A stretch of DNA of 51,707 bases, taken from NCBI GenBank assembly GCA_003567615.1, contig PWZC01000281.1, forward strand, positions 1-51,707, given 5' to 3'. Under the pieces are notes generated by a model, which was given only the letters and a program-made list of their open reading frames with translations, was not told the origin of the DNA and made no database searches. Position numbers and translations under genes: made by a program. Positions 1 through 9,756 of this stretch are shown piece by piece; within the stretch, counting starts at the first letter, position 1, and each line of letters opens with the position of its first letter. The DNA is from Gemmatimonadota bacterium (GTDB lineage Bacteria; Gemmatimonadota; Gemmatimonadetes; Longimicrobiales; Gaopeijiaceae).

Positions 1-672
1 CCCGGTGATCCCGGGAAGGACCCGTTGCCGGGATTCGTACCCGTTGATCTCCTTGCGGAGTTCCTGGAAGATTCCGGGCTGTTCGGGTCGCGGGCCTACG
101 AGGTTCATGTCGCCCCTGATGACATTGAAGAGCTGGGGAAGCTCGTCAAGCCGGAACTTCCGCAGGATGCGTCCGACGGAGGTGATGCGGGGGTCATCCT
201 GCGAGGCCCAAACTTCTTTCCGGACTTCGGGCGGCTGGTGCACCATCGTTCGGAACTTGTAGATCCGGAACACCTTTCCACCGATGTCCTCCTTCCGACG
301 GGGGTCTTCCGGGGCTCCCGGAACGTGTCGGCGTCGGTCGAGTCCGACACGCGGCTGCGTGAAGAGCACGGGTCCCGGCGAGGAGAGCCGGACCGCCAGG
401 GCCACGGCGAGCATGATGGGCGAGGCGAGGATCAGAAGCACTAGAGCGGCCATGACGTTGATGCTCCGGCGGACCCTCCCATTCCACAGGCTTCGTCGCT
501 GAACCGTCACGTACTGACAGAGAGGACCGACCCGCACCTCATCCAGCGCGAGGTCACTGCCGATACCAGTGGTCAGGATGGCCACTTCGGCGTTCCCGCG
601 GAAACGCCACATCTCCCCCTTGGAGTCAGGGACTTCCGTGCCGGAAGGAGATAGAGAAGTGGAAGCTGGCAT
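1..672 (-). CDS. Polyprenyl-phosphate sugar-1-phosphate transferase (bacterial sugar transferase family, WbaP/EpsE-like catalytic domain); 3' end runs off the window
   Basis: Not in the ORF track because there is no stop inside the window. Manual reverse-strand translation gives ...SINVMAALVLLILASPIMLAVALAVRLSSPGPVLFTQPRVG...KVFRIYKFRTM...DDPRITSVGRILRKFRLDELPQLFNVIRGDMNLVGPRPEQP...LPGITG. This contains the KFRTM and DELPQL.NV..GDM.LVGPRP hallmarks. The first ATG after the upstream in-frame TAA (700-702) is at 672; the ATG at 612 is an alternative start. Confidence 0.85.
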   Translation of the reverse strand, partial: MPASTSLSPSGTEVPDSKGEMWRFRGNAEVAILTTGIGSDLALDEVRVGPLCQYVTVQRRSLWNGRVRRSINVMAALVLLILASPIMLAVALAVRLSSPGPVLFTQPRVGLDRRRHVPGAPEDPRRKEDIGGKVFRIYKFRTMVHQPPEVRKEVWASQDDPRITSVGRILRKFRLDELPQLFNVIRGDMNLVGPRPEQPGIFQELRKEINGYESRQRVLPGITG

Positions 673-1101
673 CTCGGCGGTCCCGTTATTGAAGATAGGT
701 TAGGCGTTTCGGGTCTTCAGGCGAAGATGATGTCCCTCTCCGCTGGGAACACTAGTGTGCAAGCATCGTTCACTTGCAGGGCAGATGGGTGAATGTGTGG
801 CGTATCTCCATATCTGGCTTTGGTTTACGGAAATGTTTACCGCCGATCCCAAACTCCGTGCCGTTGGGATGGACCCAACGTGGTGTGGACCCGGCACTAC
901 ACGTCGTGGTTGGTTTCTTGCACGCGGGAGTCCGGGTTTGACGGGGGTGCCCAGCTTCTCCGCGCTCCGAGGGGGGCCTGAGGCGGGTCAGGGAGCCGCC
1001 GCGTCGTTGGGGGAGCCACGGCCCCGGGTCTGGTCCAGGTGCCGGTCTCGCGGGTTTGACCAGGCATCAGTCTTGCGTCAGCTTTCGGGTGTTCATCGCC
1101 C

Positions 1102-3660
1102 GTGCGAGCAGGACCCGGCCCTGACAGCGACAGAAGCCACCTCCGTGCCTGGCGTTCTTTCCTGGTCAACCTCAAGCCGCATCACGCGAGAAGGTGTCAG
1201 TTGACGAATTCGATTACCGGACCCGGTCGCGCTTCCGGGCCATCCGAAGGCCCGTTGACGCGAGGCGGTGACTCGACCTCCGAACTTCCATTCACTCCAT
1301 CGCCGAATTCTTCACCCCACGCCTACCCGGCGGCCGAACACTGGGGTGACGAAGCTGAGGGAGGGGCGGACTGGAGGCGTTATCTCAGTGCGGTCGTCCG
1401 TCACAAGTGGCTGGTGATCGGCGGCTTGGTCCTCGGCCTCCTGGCCGGGATCATGGCGTACCGATCGGTGGAGCCCACTTTCGAGGTAGCGTCCACGGTC
1501 TGGATCCAGACCGGGGGCAACAACCAGCAAGGGGACGTGAATCCCATCCGGCCCAGCCAGCTCCTGTCCGAGACCGGATGGATCGATCTGATCCAATCGT
1601 TTGCCGTGCTGGACCCGGTTGTCCGCGAACTCCGGCTCTTCGTGGAGCCTGCTGAGCCCGGGTACGGTCCGTTCTTCATGGACTTCCAGGTAGAGGACGA
1701 GGTCGAGGGGGGCACCTACACACTGGAGCGGACCAGCGACGGGGCCACCTTCGTCTTGATGGATGGCAACGGACGGGAGCGGGACCGGGCTGCGCCGGGA
1801 GAGCCTCTTGGCGCAGGTATGGGCTTCAGTTGGATTCCCCCGGAAGACACGCTCGAACCGGCGACGACTCTCCAGTTCCGGGTCATGCGACCTCGGGATA
1901 TGGCGCGAAACCTGAGAGAGTCCATGGTGGTACGCATCGACCGGGCCGGCACCTTCCTCCAGGTTTCCATGGCAGGCACGGACCCGGAACGGATCACCCG
2001 GACGGTCAATGGGATTGTCGAGCGCTTTGAGGTTGTGGCCGAGCAACTCAAGAGAGCCCAGCTTGACGAACTCACGGCCATTCTCGAGGAGCAGTTGGCT
2101 TACGCCGAGGCGAACCTGCGGACGGCAGAGTTGGAGCTGGAGAATTTCAAGGTTCAGACCATCAGTCTCCCCTCGGAACAGGGGGCACCCGTAGCCGCGG
2201 GGATTCAGCAGACCCAGGATCCGGCGTTCCAGAATTTCTTCAATCTCAGGCTCGAGCAGGAAGAACTCCAGCGAGACCGGCGCGCCATCGAGCGAGCCAT
2301 GGAGCGATCTCGGGAACAGGAGAGGTTGACTCTTGAAGCTCTCGAGATCATTCCAACCGTCCGAGAGTCCTCGGAACTCATGGGCGTGATTGCTTCCACT
2401 GCCGGCCAGCGCGCCGATCTCCGGGCCCTTCGTCTCCGTTACACCGACGAGCACCCGGCGGTGGTGGCCTTGCGACGCGACCTCGGTCAGGTGGAGACAG
2501 TGACGATTCCTGGCCTGCTGACCGATCTCCTCGACGAAGTGCAACAGAGGGAACAGGAGATCCAGGTTTTCCTGGATCGGGCATCGGCCGAACTGCGTCA
2601 GATCCCTCCTCGGGCGGTGGAAGAGACACGCCTCGAGCGAAGGTATGAATCCGCCGAGAACCTCTTCCGCGACCTGCAGGCTCGATATGAGTCGGCCCGG
2701 CTCGGTGCAGCCAGCACCATCCCTGACATCCGGGCGCTGGACCGGGCGCAGGTTCCGAACTTCCCGACGTCGGACAGGAGCATGAGATTCTTCGCCATGG
2801 CCCTCATGGCCGGACTCGGTCTTGGTCTCGGCGGAGCCATCCTGCGCGACATGATGGATCCTCGGGTGCGGCGCCCGGATCAGGTCACGAAGGAACTCGG
2901 CCTTCCCATCCTCGCGACGATTCCCCAGGGAAAGCGCCGAAACGGACGCCTGCGTGAAGACGATCAGTATGCCATGATCGAAGCCTTCCGGGGGCTCCGG
3001 ATGGCGGTTGCCTACGCCCACGGCGGGAGGTCTCCCCTGGTCACGGCCGTGTCGAGCCCCTCCCCCGGAGATGGGAAATCCTTTACGACCAGCAACCTGG
3101 GACTTGCATTCGCCGAGATGGGCGAGTCCACCCTCGTGATCGATGGAGACATCCGCCGAGGAACCCAGCACACGCTCTTTGATGTCGAGCGTAAGCCCGG
3201 TCTGACCGACTTCCTCTCCGGAGACATCTCCTACGAACAGGCCATTCAGGATACGGAGCACCCGTTGCTCAAGGTGATTGCATCCGGTTCTCGTTTCAGC
3301 GATGCCCCGGAACTCCTCGGCCTGCCGGCCATGACCGAGCTCATCTCACGAGCGCGCAGCGAGTTCGATGTGATCCTGGTGGACACCTCGCCGCTTGGAG
3401 CGGCCGTGGACCCCTACATCCTCGGTGCTGTCGCCGGGTCGCTCATTGTGCTGGTGAAGGAGGGAAGCACGGACCAGAACCTGGCGCAGACGCGCATCGA
3501 AGATCTGCGGCGTCTTCCGATCCACCTCCTGGGAGCGGTACTGAATGCCGTTCCCTCAAGTTCGGGGTATGGCTACTACTCCTATTCGCCCAGGTATCAA
3601 GTGCAAACCGAAGGGCGTTCAGATTCCCGACGCCGCCTGATCGGAGCGAATACCGGATGA
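1102..3660 (+). CDS. Polysaccharide co-polymerase / tyrosine autokinase (Wzc/GumC/EpsB-like: Wzz-type N-terminal domain, coiled coil, C-terminal BY-kinase)
   Basis: TM helix after WRRYLSAVVRHKWLVIGGLVLGLLAG. Long coiled-coil region. Second TM at FFAMALMAGLGLGLGGAIL. Walker A SPSPGDGKSFTTSNL, Walker A' LVIDGDIRRG, Walker B VILVDTSPL, and a C-terminal Tyr cluster SSGYGYYSYSPRY. The track start at 1102 is a GTG of the longest ORF; the true start is uncertain and may lie further downstream. Confidence 0.85.
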   Translation: MRAGPGPDSDRSHLRAWRSFLVNLKPHHARRCQLTNSITGPGRASGPSEGPLTRGGDSTSELPFTPSPNSSPHAYPAAEHWGDEAEGGADWRRYLSAVVRHKWLVIGGLVLGLLAGIMAYRSVEPTFEVASTVWIQTGGNNQQGDVNPIRPSQLLSETGWIDLIQSFAVLDPVVRELRLFVEPAEPGYGPFFMDFQVEDEVEGGTYTLERTSDGATFVLMDGNGRERDRAAPGEPLGAGMGFSWIPPEDTLEPATTLQFRVMRPRDMARNLRESMVVRIDRAGTFLQVSMAGTDPERITRTVNGIVERFEVVAEQLKRAQLDELTAILEEQLAYAEANLRTAELELENFKVQTISLPSEQGAPVAAGIQQTQDPAFQNFFNLRLEQEELQRDRRAIERAMERSREQERLTLEALEIIPTVRESSELMGVIASTAGQRADLRALRLRYTDEHPAVVALRRDLGQVETVTIPGLLTDLLDEVQQREQEIQVFLDRASAELRQIPPRAVEETRLERRYESAENLFRDLQARYESARLGAASTIPDIRALDRAQVPNFPTSDRSMRFFAMALMAGLGLGLGGAILRDMMDPRVRRPDQVTKELGLPILATIPQGKRRNGRLREDDQYAMIEAFRGLRMAVAYAHGGRSPLVTAVSSPSPGDGKSFTTSNLGLAFAEMGESTLVIDGDIRRGTQHTLFDVERKPGLTDFLSGDISYEQAIQDTEHPLLKVIASGSRFSDAPELLGLPAMTELISRARSEFDVILVDTSPLGAAVDPYILGAVAGSLIVLVKEGSTDQNLAQTRIEDLRRLPIHLLGAVLNAVPSSSGYGYYSYSPRYQVQTEGRSDSRRRLIGANTG

Positions 3661-4529
3661 ACTCGAACTCTTCGCAGGAGCACTGCTCCATGGCCACCCC
3701 CTCTCGAGGCACCCTTCGTCGGAGTCCTCGGTCAAGACTACTGCAATGGCCGCTCCTTTTCGTGCTCGGCCTCGTTCTGACGTGGACTGCAGAGCCGCTG
3801 GTGGCCCAGACCCCTGAGCAGTGGGATGCCGCCCGGGAGACCGTTACCCGTGCCGAGCTTCTGGATCTCGTGGAACGATTGGAGACTCAGGCCAACTCCA
3901 CCGCTTACAGCTCCCGCCTTCGTGCTCAGGCTCGCCAGAGCATCGAGGTCATCGAGCAGCGACTCCGGGAAGGTGACTTCCAGATCGGGGATCGTGTCGT
4001 CCTGGAGGTGGAAGGCGAGCCCGACCTCTCTGATACGCTCACCGTCCGGAGTGGTCCCGCAGTGAACGTGCCGGTGGTGGGGCCGCTCTCCCTGGCCGGG
4101 GTGTTGAGGTCCGAACTGCAGGAAGCGATGGAAACCCACATCGAGAGCTACATCCGCTCCCCTGTGATTCAGACCCAGTCCCTGATCCGTCTCTCCGTCA
4201 TCGGAGAGGTGGGAAGCCCCGGTTTCTATGTCGTGCCCGCAGACGTCCCCATCACTGAAATCCTCATGATGGCAGGCGGACCGGGCGGGAACGCGAACCT
4301 CACCCAGATGCGGGTGGAACGGGGCGATCGGCGGATCTGGGAGGGGGAAGCGATGGAACTTGCCGTCATTCGTGGGCGAACCCTTGACCAGATGAATGTG
4401 CAAGCCGGTGATCGGGTTGTGGTCCCGCCGGGAGGTGCTCAGCGAGACGGCTGGGAGCGGGTGCGTCTGGCGGCCACGGTGGTGGGTACCCTGAGTACTC
4501 TCACCTACGTCGTGCTGCGGGTATTCTGA
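3657..4529 (+). CDS. Polysaccharide export protein (Wza/GumB-like, Poly_export + SLBB-type domains) with N-terminal signal/TM segment
   Basis: Hydrophobic N-terminus LLQWPLLFVLGLVLTWTAEPLVAQ. Motif FQIGDRVVLEVEG...LTVRSGPAVNVPVVGPLSLAGVLRSELQEAMETHIESYIRSPVIQ is typical of Poly_export. A second beta-grasp-like block reads MNVQAGDRVVVP. The ATG overlaps the Wzc stop (ATGA at 3657-3660). Confidence 0.75.
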   Translation: MNSNSSQEHCSMATPSRGTLRRSPRSRLLQWPLLFVLGLVLTWTAEPLVAQTPEQWDAARETVTRAELLDLVERLETQANSTAYSSRLRAQARQSIEVIEQRLREGDFQIGDRVVLEVEGEPDLSDTLTVRSGPAVNVPVVGPLSLAGVLRSELQEAMETHIESYIRSPVIQTQSLIRLSVIGEVGSPGFYVVPADVPITEILMMAGGPGGNANLTQMRVERGDRRIWEGEAMELAVIRGRTLDQMNVQAGDRVVVPPGGAQRDGWERVRLAATVVGTLSTLTYVVLRVF

Positions 4530-4582
4530 CCGGCACGTCTCTGGCCTCCGAATCCTGCCCCGCATCTGCCAAGGTACAATGG

Positions 4583-6364
4583 ATGCCCCTCCTCGACCGC
4601 AAGACCTCACAGTTCTTTCGGTACTTCATGCGGGCCTACCCCGGTCGCAGTGCCGTGATGGTCGTGCTGCTGGCCCTGGCGGGGTTTCTCGAGGGCGTTG
4701 GTGTGGTCACCCTCCTTCCGCTGCTGGAATTGGTGGTCGGGGGTGGCAGCGGGGATGTGTCCGGGGTGAGTCGGGCGTTTGCCTCCGCTCTCGAGTCGGT
4801 GGGCCTGGAGGCTTCGCTAGGGATCCTGCTGACCATCATCGTCGGGGCCATGATGGCGAAGGCCGTCGCGTTGTGGCTGGCCATGCGGCAGGTGGGCTTC
4901 ACCGTTGCGCAGGTGACTACGGATCTCAGGATGTCCCTCCTGCGGTCGCTTCTGGCCGTCCGCTGGCGTCACTACGTGACTCAGTCGTCCGGCGCCATCG
5001 CCAACTCCATCAGCAGTGAAGCTCACAGGGCAGCGTCTGCCTACCGAGAGGGGTGTGCTCTCATCGCAGGCATCCTTCAGGTCTCTGTGTATGTGCTGGC
5101 AGCTCTTCTGATTTCATGGCGGATGGCCCTGGGCGCTGTGGTCATCGGTGCCGTTTTCCTCTTTCTGCTGAGGGGTCTGGTCCAGATCGCTCGTGAGGCC
5201 GGACAGGCGCAGACGGATCTGATGAGGTCCCTCATCAGCAGGCTGACCGATGCCCTTCGGGGCATCAAGCCGATCCGCGCCATGGGACGGGAAGATGAGC
5301 TCAGACCCCTCCTGGAGAGGGAGACGGAAGGCCTGAACGACGCATTGAAGCGTCAGGTTTGGGCAGCCGAGACGCTCAGGCTCTTCCACGAGCCTACCGT
5401 CGCGCTGCTTCTTGGTCTGGGTCTCTTCTTCGCCCTGGGCGTGGCTTCGTTTCCGTTTGCTTCCATCATGGTGCTGGCCTTCATCTTCTACCGTCTGATG
5501 ACCCACGCCAATACGCTCCAATCCCGCTACCAGGTACTCACTGTGGGCGAGAGCGCTTTTTGGTCTCTCAAAGAGCAGGTGTGGACCGCTGAGCGAGAAG
5601 CTGAGCCCGATTCGGGGACGAGACGGCCTCCTCCTCTCCTCGAAGGGATCCGGCTCACCAATGTCTTCTTTTCCTACGATCAGACTCCGGTCCTGCGAGG
5701 ACTCGATCTGGAGGTGGAGGCCCATTCGTTCGTGGCTCTCTACGGACCCTCGGGTACCGGTAAGACCACCATCGCCGATCTGATTATCGGCCTTCTCCAA
5801 CCCGATGGGGGAACCATTGAGATCGATGGCGTCTCACTTCCCGAAATCGATCGGAAGGCATGGAGACGGCAGATCGGGTACGTGCCCCAGGAGGTGTTTC
5901 TCTTCCACGACACCATCTACAGCAACGTGACGCTCGGGGACGAGTCGGTGTCTCGATCGGCGGTGGAAGAGGCCCTGAAGGCTGCAGATGCGTGGGCCTT
6001 CGTCGAGGAGCGAGAGGGCGGATTGGACGCAGTGATCGGGGAGGGCGGGTCAAAGCTGTCCGGTGGCCAGCGGCAGCGGATCTCCATTGCCCGAGCTTTG
6101 GTTCACAATCCCCGCCTTCTCATCCTGGACGAGGCCACCGCCGCCCTCGATCCGCTTACCGAGCGGGAGATCCTCGCCACGCTCCGCCGGCTGAGTCGGG
6201 ACGTCACCATCCTGGCCATCTCTCACCAACCTGCCTTGAGGGATGCTGCCGATGTGGTGTACTACCTTGAACATGGAAAGGTGTCGGCAGTGGAAAGAAA
6301 GAAGGAGGAGGTTTTCGCAATGCAACTGTCCGAGGCCCAGCAGATGGTCCTAGGTGAGTCATGA
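4583..6364 (+). CDS. Fused TMD-NBD ABC exporter (MsbA/PglK-like type I exporter), paralog 1
   Basis: N-terminal six-helix-type membrane domain. Walker A GPSGTGKTT, signature LSGGQRQRISIARAL, Walker B LLILDEAT. Long identical runs shared with the 22654-24471 gene. Confidence 0.9.
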   Translation: MPLLDRKTSQFFRYFMRAYPGRSAVMVVLLALAGFLEGVGVVTLLPLLELVVGGGSGDVSGVSRAFASALESVGLEASLGILLTIIVGAMMAKAVALWLAMRQVGFTVAQVTTDLRMSLLRSLLAVRWRHYVTQSSGAIANSISSEAHRAASAYREGCALIAGILQVSVYVLAALLISWRMALGAVVIGAVFLFLLRGLVQIAREAGQAQTDLMRSLISRLTDALRGIKPIRAMGREDELRPLLERETEGLNDALKRQVWAAETLRLFHEPTVALLLGLGLFFALGVASFPFASIMVLAFIFYRLMTHANTLQSRYQVLTVGESAFWSLKEQVWTAEREAEPDSGTRRPPPLLEGIRLTNVFFSYDQTPVLRGLDLEVEAHSFVALYGPSGTGKTTIADLIIGLLQPDGGTIEIDGVSLPEIDRKAWRRQIGYVPQEVFLFHDTIYSNVTLGDESVSRSAVEEALKAADAWAFVEEREGGLDAVIGEGGSKLSGGQRQRISIARALVHNPRLLILDEATAALDPLTEREILATLRRLSRDVTILAISHQPALRDAADVVYYLEHGKVSAVERKKEEVFAMQLSEAQQMVLGES

Positions 6365-7470
6365 CATCCCTCAAGACCGTTCTCCATGTCGTTGGGGCCC
6401 GTCCCAACTTCATGAAGATTGCGCCGATCCTGCGGGCCGCCGAGACCCGTGGCGAATGGCGGAATATGTTGGTCCACACCGGGCAGCATTACGACGCTGA
6501 AATGTCCGACGCCTTCTTCCGGGATCTGGAGATGCCGGCGCCGGACATCCACCTGGGAATCGGATCCGGTACACATGGGGCTCAGACCGCTCGGGTTCTG
6601 GAGGCCATGGAGCAGGTGCTTCTGACACATGCCCCGGATATGGTGGTGGTGGTGGGCGATGTGAACTCCACCCTTGCGGCAGCCCTGGCTGCGGCAAAGA
6701 TGCTCATCCCCGTGGCGCATGTCGAGGCCGGGCTCCGGAGCGGGGATCGGCGCATGCCGGAGGAGCTGAACCGGATCCTCACGGATCAACTCTCTTCCCT
6801 GTGCCTGATCCCGTCGAGGGATGCAGAGCCGAACCTTCGGCGAGAGGGGATTCCCGATGAGCGGATCCGATTCGTCGGCAACGTGATGATCGATTCGCTC
6901 CTCCACGCCATGGACCGAGCCCGTGCCCTGGATACCCTGGAGCGTTTCCAGCTCCAACCGAAGGGGTTCTTCCTGGCGACCCTCCACCGGCCCTCCAACG
7001 TCGATGACCGGGACCAACTGGAAGAAATCCTGTCGGGCCTGCGCACGCTGGCCGAGGAGACCCCCGTCGTACTCCCCCTCCATCCCCGGACCCGGGCACG
7101 AATCGAAGAGTTCTCGCTGGACACGAATGGTCTCCAGATCACGGAGCCCCTGGGGTACCATGAGATCCTTCAGCTCCAGGAGCAGGCTCGCCTGGTCCTC
7201 ACCGATTCGGGAGGAATCCAGGAAGAGACCACCGTGTTGGGCGTGCCGTGTCTGACCCTTCGTTCCAGTACGGAACGACCGATAACAGTGACAGATGGGA
7301 CAAATATGCTAGTGCCTGAGCGAAGTCGCTCCAAAATCCTCATGGCTGTGAATCTTCTCCTTTCGAATCTGTCCATTCCACGCCGTCCTGAGGGGTGGGA
7401 CGGGGTGGCGGCCGAGCGAATCGTGCGCGCCATTGCTGATTTCTTGAGCGAACGGGTCGGTAAAGCGTAG
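6361..7470 (+). CDS. wecB: UDP-N-acetylglucosamine 2-epimerase (non-hydrolysing)
   Basis: VVGARPNFMKIAPI, HTGQHYD..MSD.FF..L, GSG.HG.QTA, VVVGDVNSTLAAALAA, HVEAGLRS.DR.MPEE.NR: the classic WecB/MnaA motif series. The ATG overlaps the ABC stop (ATGA at 6361-6364). Confidence 0.93.
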   Translation: MTSLKTVLHVVGARPNFMKIAPILRAAETRGEWRNMLVHTGQHYDAEMSDAFFRDLEMPAPDIHLGIGSGTHGAQTARVLEAMEQVLLTHAPDMVVVVGDVNSTLAAALAAAKMLIPVAHVEAGLRSGDRRMPEELNRILTDQLSSLCLIPSRDAEPNLRREGIPDERIRFVGNVMIDSLLHAMDRARALDTLERFQLQPKGFFLATLHRPSNVDDRDQLEEILSGLRTLAEETPVVLPLHPRTRARIEEFSLDTNGLQITEPLGYHEILQLQEQARLVLTDSGGIQEETTVLGVPCLTLRSSTERPITVTDGTNMLVPERSRSKILMAVNLLLSNLSIPRRPEGWDGVAAERIVRAIADFLSERVGKA

Positions 7471-7779
7471 GCTGAAGCTCACTCATGGCGTTTGCTGAAG
7501 AGGACGTGGCGGAAGGAGGGCTTGAGGCCCACCGATTTCCTGCGGTCGCACGACATACGCCATGGTCTTTCTCCTTGGGGATCCTGCGACTGTCGTGTTG
7601 GTGGATACGGCAGGTTGACTTACCACATTGAACCATCGACACACATGAAAGCGGTACATATATCTCTTCTGAGGAGATTATTTCACGCATTGGCAACTCG
7701 CCCTTTGGACGTTTCACGCATGATGGTTCGTGGTTTGCTTCATCAAGCGTATGCAATAGGTGAGGGGCCAGACGGTGAT

Positions 7780-8601
7780 ATGCATTTGACCGAAGCTGAA
7801 AAGGCTGAGCAACTATACAAAATCATTAACGGTATAGTTGATGCTAATACACCCCTGCACCCCAAGAGTCACGGTCTATCTTCCCCACTGACAATCTCGT
7901 TGAAGTCTTATCCGCCATGATTTGCCACGCTACACCCAACACTACGGTGTCTGACCGCTCAAACGATGGTTCCGGACAACATCATTCTATGGGTGGCGTC
8001 CGGGGACGAAGGGAGACTTCCGAGCGAGATACGGGATCTAAGTCCGCTGATAGATGTGCGGACATGCGAGGATACTGGGCCTTACAAAAAGATAATCCCT
8101 GCCCTTGAAACGTTTCCTGACCATGTGATCATCACTGCAGATGACGACGCTTACTACTGGCCAAGCTGGCTGGAAGAACTCGTGCAATCATGGAGTGGGC
8201 GACGTACTGAGGTTGTTGGACATCTTCTTCACCGTATACAACTGAATAACGATAGATTACCTGCGCCGTATAGCAATTGGTCCTTGGATGATCCTGGTGC
8301 CACGGCGCCGTCTCGATTGAACTTTCCTGCCGGAGTTGGTGGGGTGCTGTATCCACCGGGTGTTTTTCATTCTGCTGTGTGTAATAGTTCGCTCTTCATG
8401 GATATCTGCCCTATGGCTGACGATGTCTGGCTTTACTGGATGGCAAGACTCAATCAGGCCAGTGCCAGAAGGACCAAGTCACAAAGGTCATTTGTGACAT
8501 GGCTTGAATCTCAAGGTAAAGCCTTGTGGAAGGACAATGTCTCGCATGGTAATGACAACGTCATAAAGGCCATGGTCGCCCATTTTGGTTTCCCCAATTA
8601 G
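7780..8601 (+). pseudogene. Glycosyltransferase (GT-A-like, ADDD motif) interrupted by an in-frame TGA at 7918-7920
   Basis: Track ORFs 7492-7920 and 7966-8601 are in the same frame. Reading through gives ...PLTISLKSYPP*FATLHPTLRCLTAQTMVPDNIILWVASGDEGRLP...IITADDDAYYWPSWLEEL. This is one continuous GT N-terminus (beta1 SL.SYP.RF, then ..Q...PD.IILW). TGA sits where Arg (CGA) is expected. The start at ATG 7780 is a guess. Confidence 0.55.
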
Positions 8602-8727
8602 CGCCGGTATTGGGACCGCTGGTGCTCGCGGCGGGCACACGCGTCGTCCTCCATATTTGCACTCATGTTCGTCGAGGCACCGAAATGGTCACTCCAGCAT
8701 ACCTACCATAAAGAGTGAAGAATTGCA

Positions 8728-9756
8728 ATGCCCGAAGTATCAGTAATCGTTCCCGCATACAATGCGAGCGCTTTGGTACCGAACGCCGTCAAAAGTATAC
8801 GGCAGCAGACCCTGCTCGATCTGGAGGTTCTGCTCGTTGATGATGGTTCTACTGATGCCACAGCCTCCGTTATGGACTTGCTCGCCAAGGAGGACCTGAG
8901 GATCCGAACGGTGAAAATGCCGGAAAACTCAGGTGTTTATGAAGCCAGGGCCACGGGCCTCGAGTTGGCGAGAGGAAAATGGGTAGGGTTCGTCGATTCT
9001 GATGACCTGGTAAAACCGGACATGTTTGAAATCATGGCGCGTGAGGGCGCAGATAGTGGCGCCGATATTGTCATTTGCGGCGTGGATATGTGCGACCAGG
9101 ATGGAAAGTTCCTACGTTACAGGGTGGAATTCCCTAGTACTCATACGGTCACTGAAGGGATTCTAGGACGATTTTGTGGATTCGGGTTTCAGACTGGCTC
9201 TCTTTGGAACAAGCTTTATCGGCGAGAGCTGATCACGAAATATCATGGGAAACCCCTCCGATGGCGACAAGATACCAACGAAGATGTCATCGTAAACATT
9301 GGGTGTTTTGCCGACGCTCTCCGGGTAAGAGTGGTAAAAGATAGTCTTTATAACAACCTCATCCGCACCGAGAGCGTGACACGGAGTCTTGATAACTCAC
9401 GTGCTTTCGTATCGCTGATTCGGGCTTACGCATTGGCCGTAGATCTGTACCACCATAGGGGTGAGGACGTGCTGGGGAATATCGATCGATTGTACCTACA
9501 TCAACTAGCATTCTCCTGCTATCGGGTCCGCTCTCTTGCCGAGTTGGAGCCGCACGCTGATCGATTCCGGGAGGCATTGACGATCCTGGCCAGGCTGCGG
9601 CCAGCCACCTTGTCCGCTTTCGCAAATCGAGGTCTATGGGAACCGGTAAGTCGGCAAAATACATTCGAGAGCAAATGGCGGGAGTGGCTATCCGCGTCCA
9701 AGCAACTGATCAAAAGTCTTGTCCCTCGCGTTCCCCGTGATGCAACACGAGAGTAG
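8728..9756 (+). CDS. Family 2 glycosyltransferase
   Basis: VSVIVPAYNASALVPNAVKSIRQQT, LEVLLVDDGSTD, VGFVDSDD (DxD). Low-GC codon usage. Confidence 0.88.
   Translation: MPEVSVIVPAYNASALVPNAVKSIRQQTLLDLEVLLVDDGSTDATASVMDLLAKEDLRIRTVKMPENSGVYEARATGLELARGKWVGFVDSDDLVKPDMFEIMAREGADSGADIVICGVDMCDQDGKFLRYRVEFPSTHTVTEGILGRFCGFGFQTGSLWNKLYRRELITKYHGKPLRWRQDTNEDVIVNIGCFADALRVRVVKDSLYNNLIRTESVTRSLDNSRAFVSLIRAYALAVDLYHHRGEDVLGNIDRLYLHQLAFSCYRVRSLAELEPHADRFREALTILARLRPATLSAFANRGLWEPVSRQNTFESKWREWLSASKQLIKSLVPRVPRDATRE

Noticed and set aside
755-1204. ORFs 755-1204, 793-981 and 897-1175 in the region upstream of Wzc
   Set aside because: No motifs, mutually overlapping frames, atypical composition. Treated as non-coding leader/promoter DNA.
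1312-3261. 649-aa ORF antisense to the Wzc gene
   Set aside because: It lies entirely within a motif-rich gene on the opposite strand. Its composition is Arg/Gly/Pro/His-rich with no recognisable motifs. This is a typical high-GC antisense ORF artefact.
4583-6364. Fused ABC exporters as McjD-type lasso exporters
   Set aside because: They lie 3.4 kb or more from the cluster edges, are translationally coupled to sugar-pathway genes, and the cluster already has its own ABC-2 exporter. Kept only as a minor alternative hypothesis in the findings.
7918-7920. In-frame TGA as selenocysteine or programmed read-through
   Set aside because: No evident stem-loop of SECIS type immediately downstream. 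The expected residue is Arg, not Cys/Sec. TGA functions as a normal stop at many gene junctions here.
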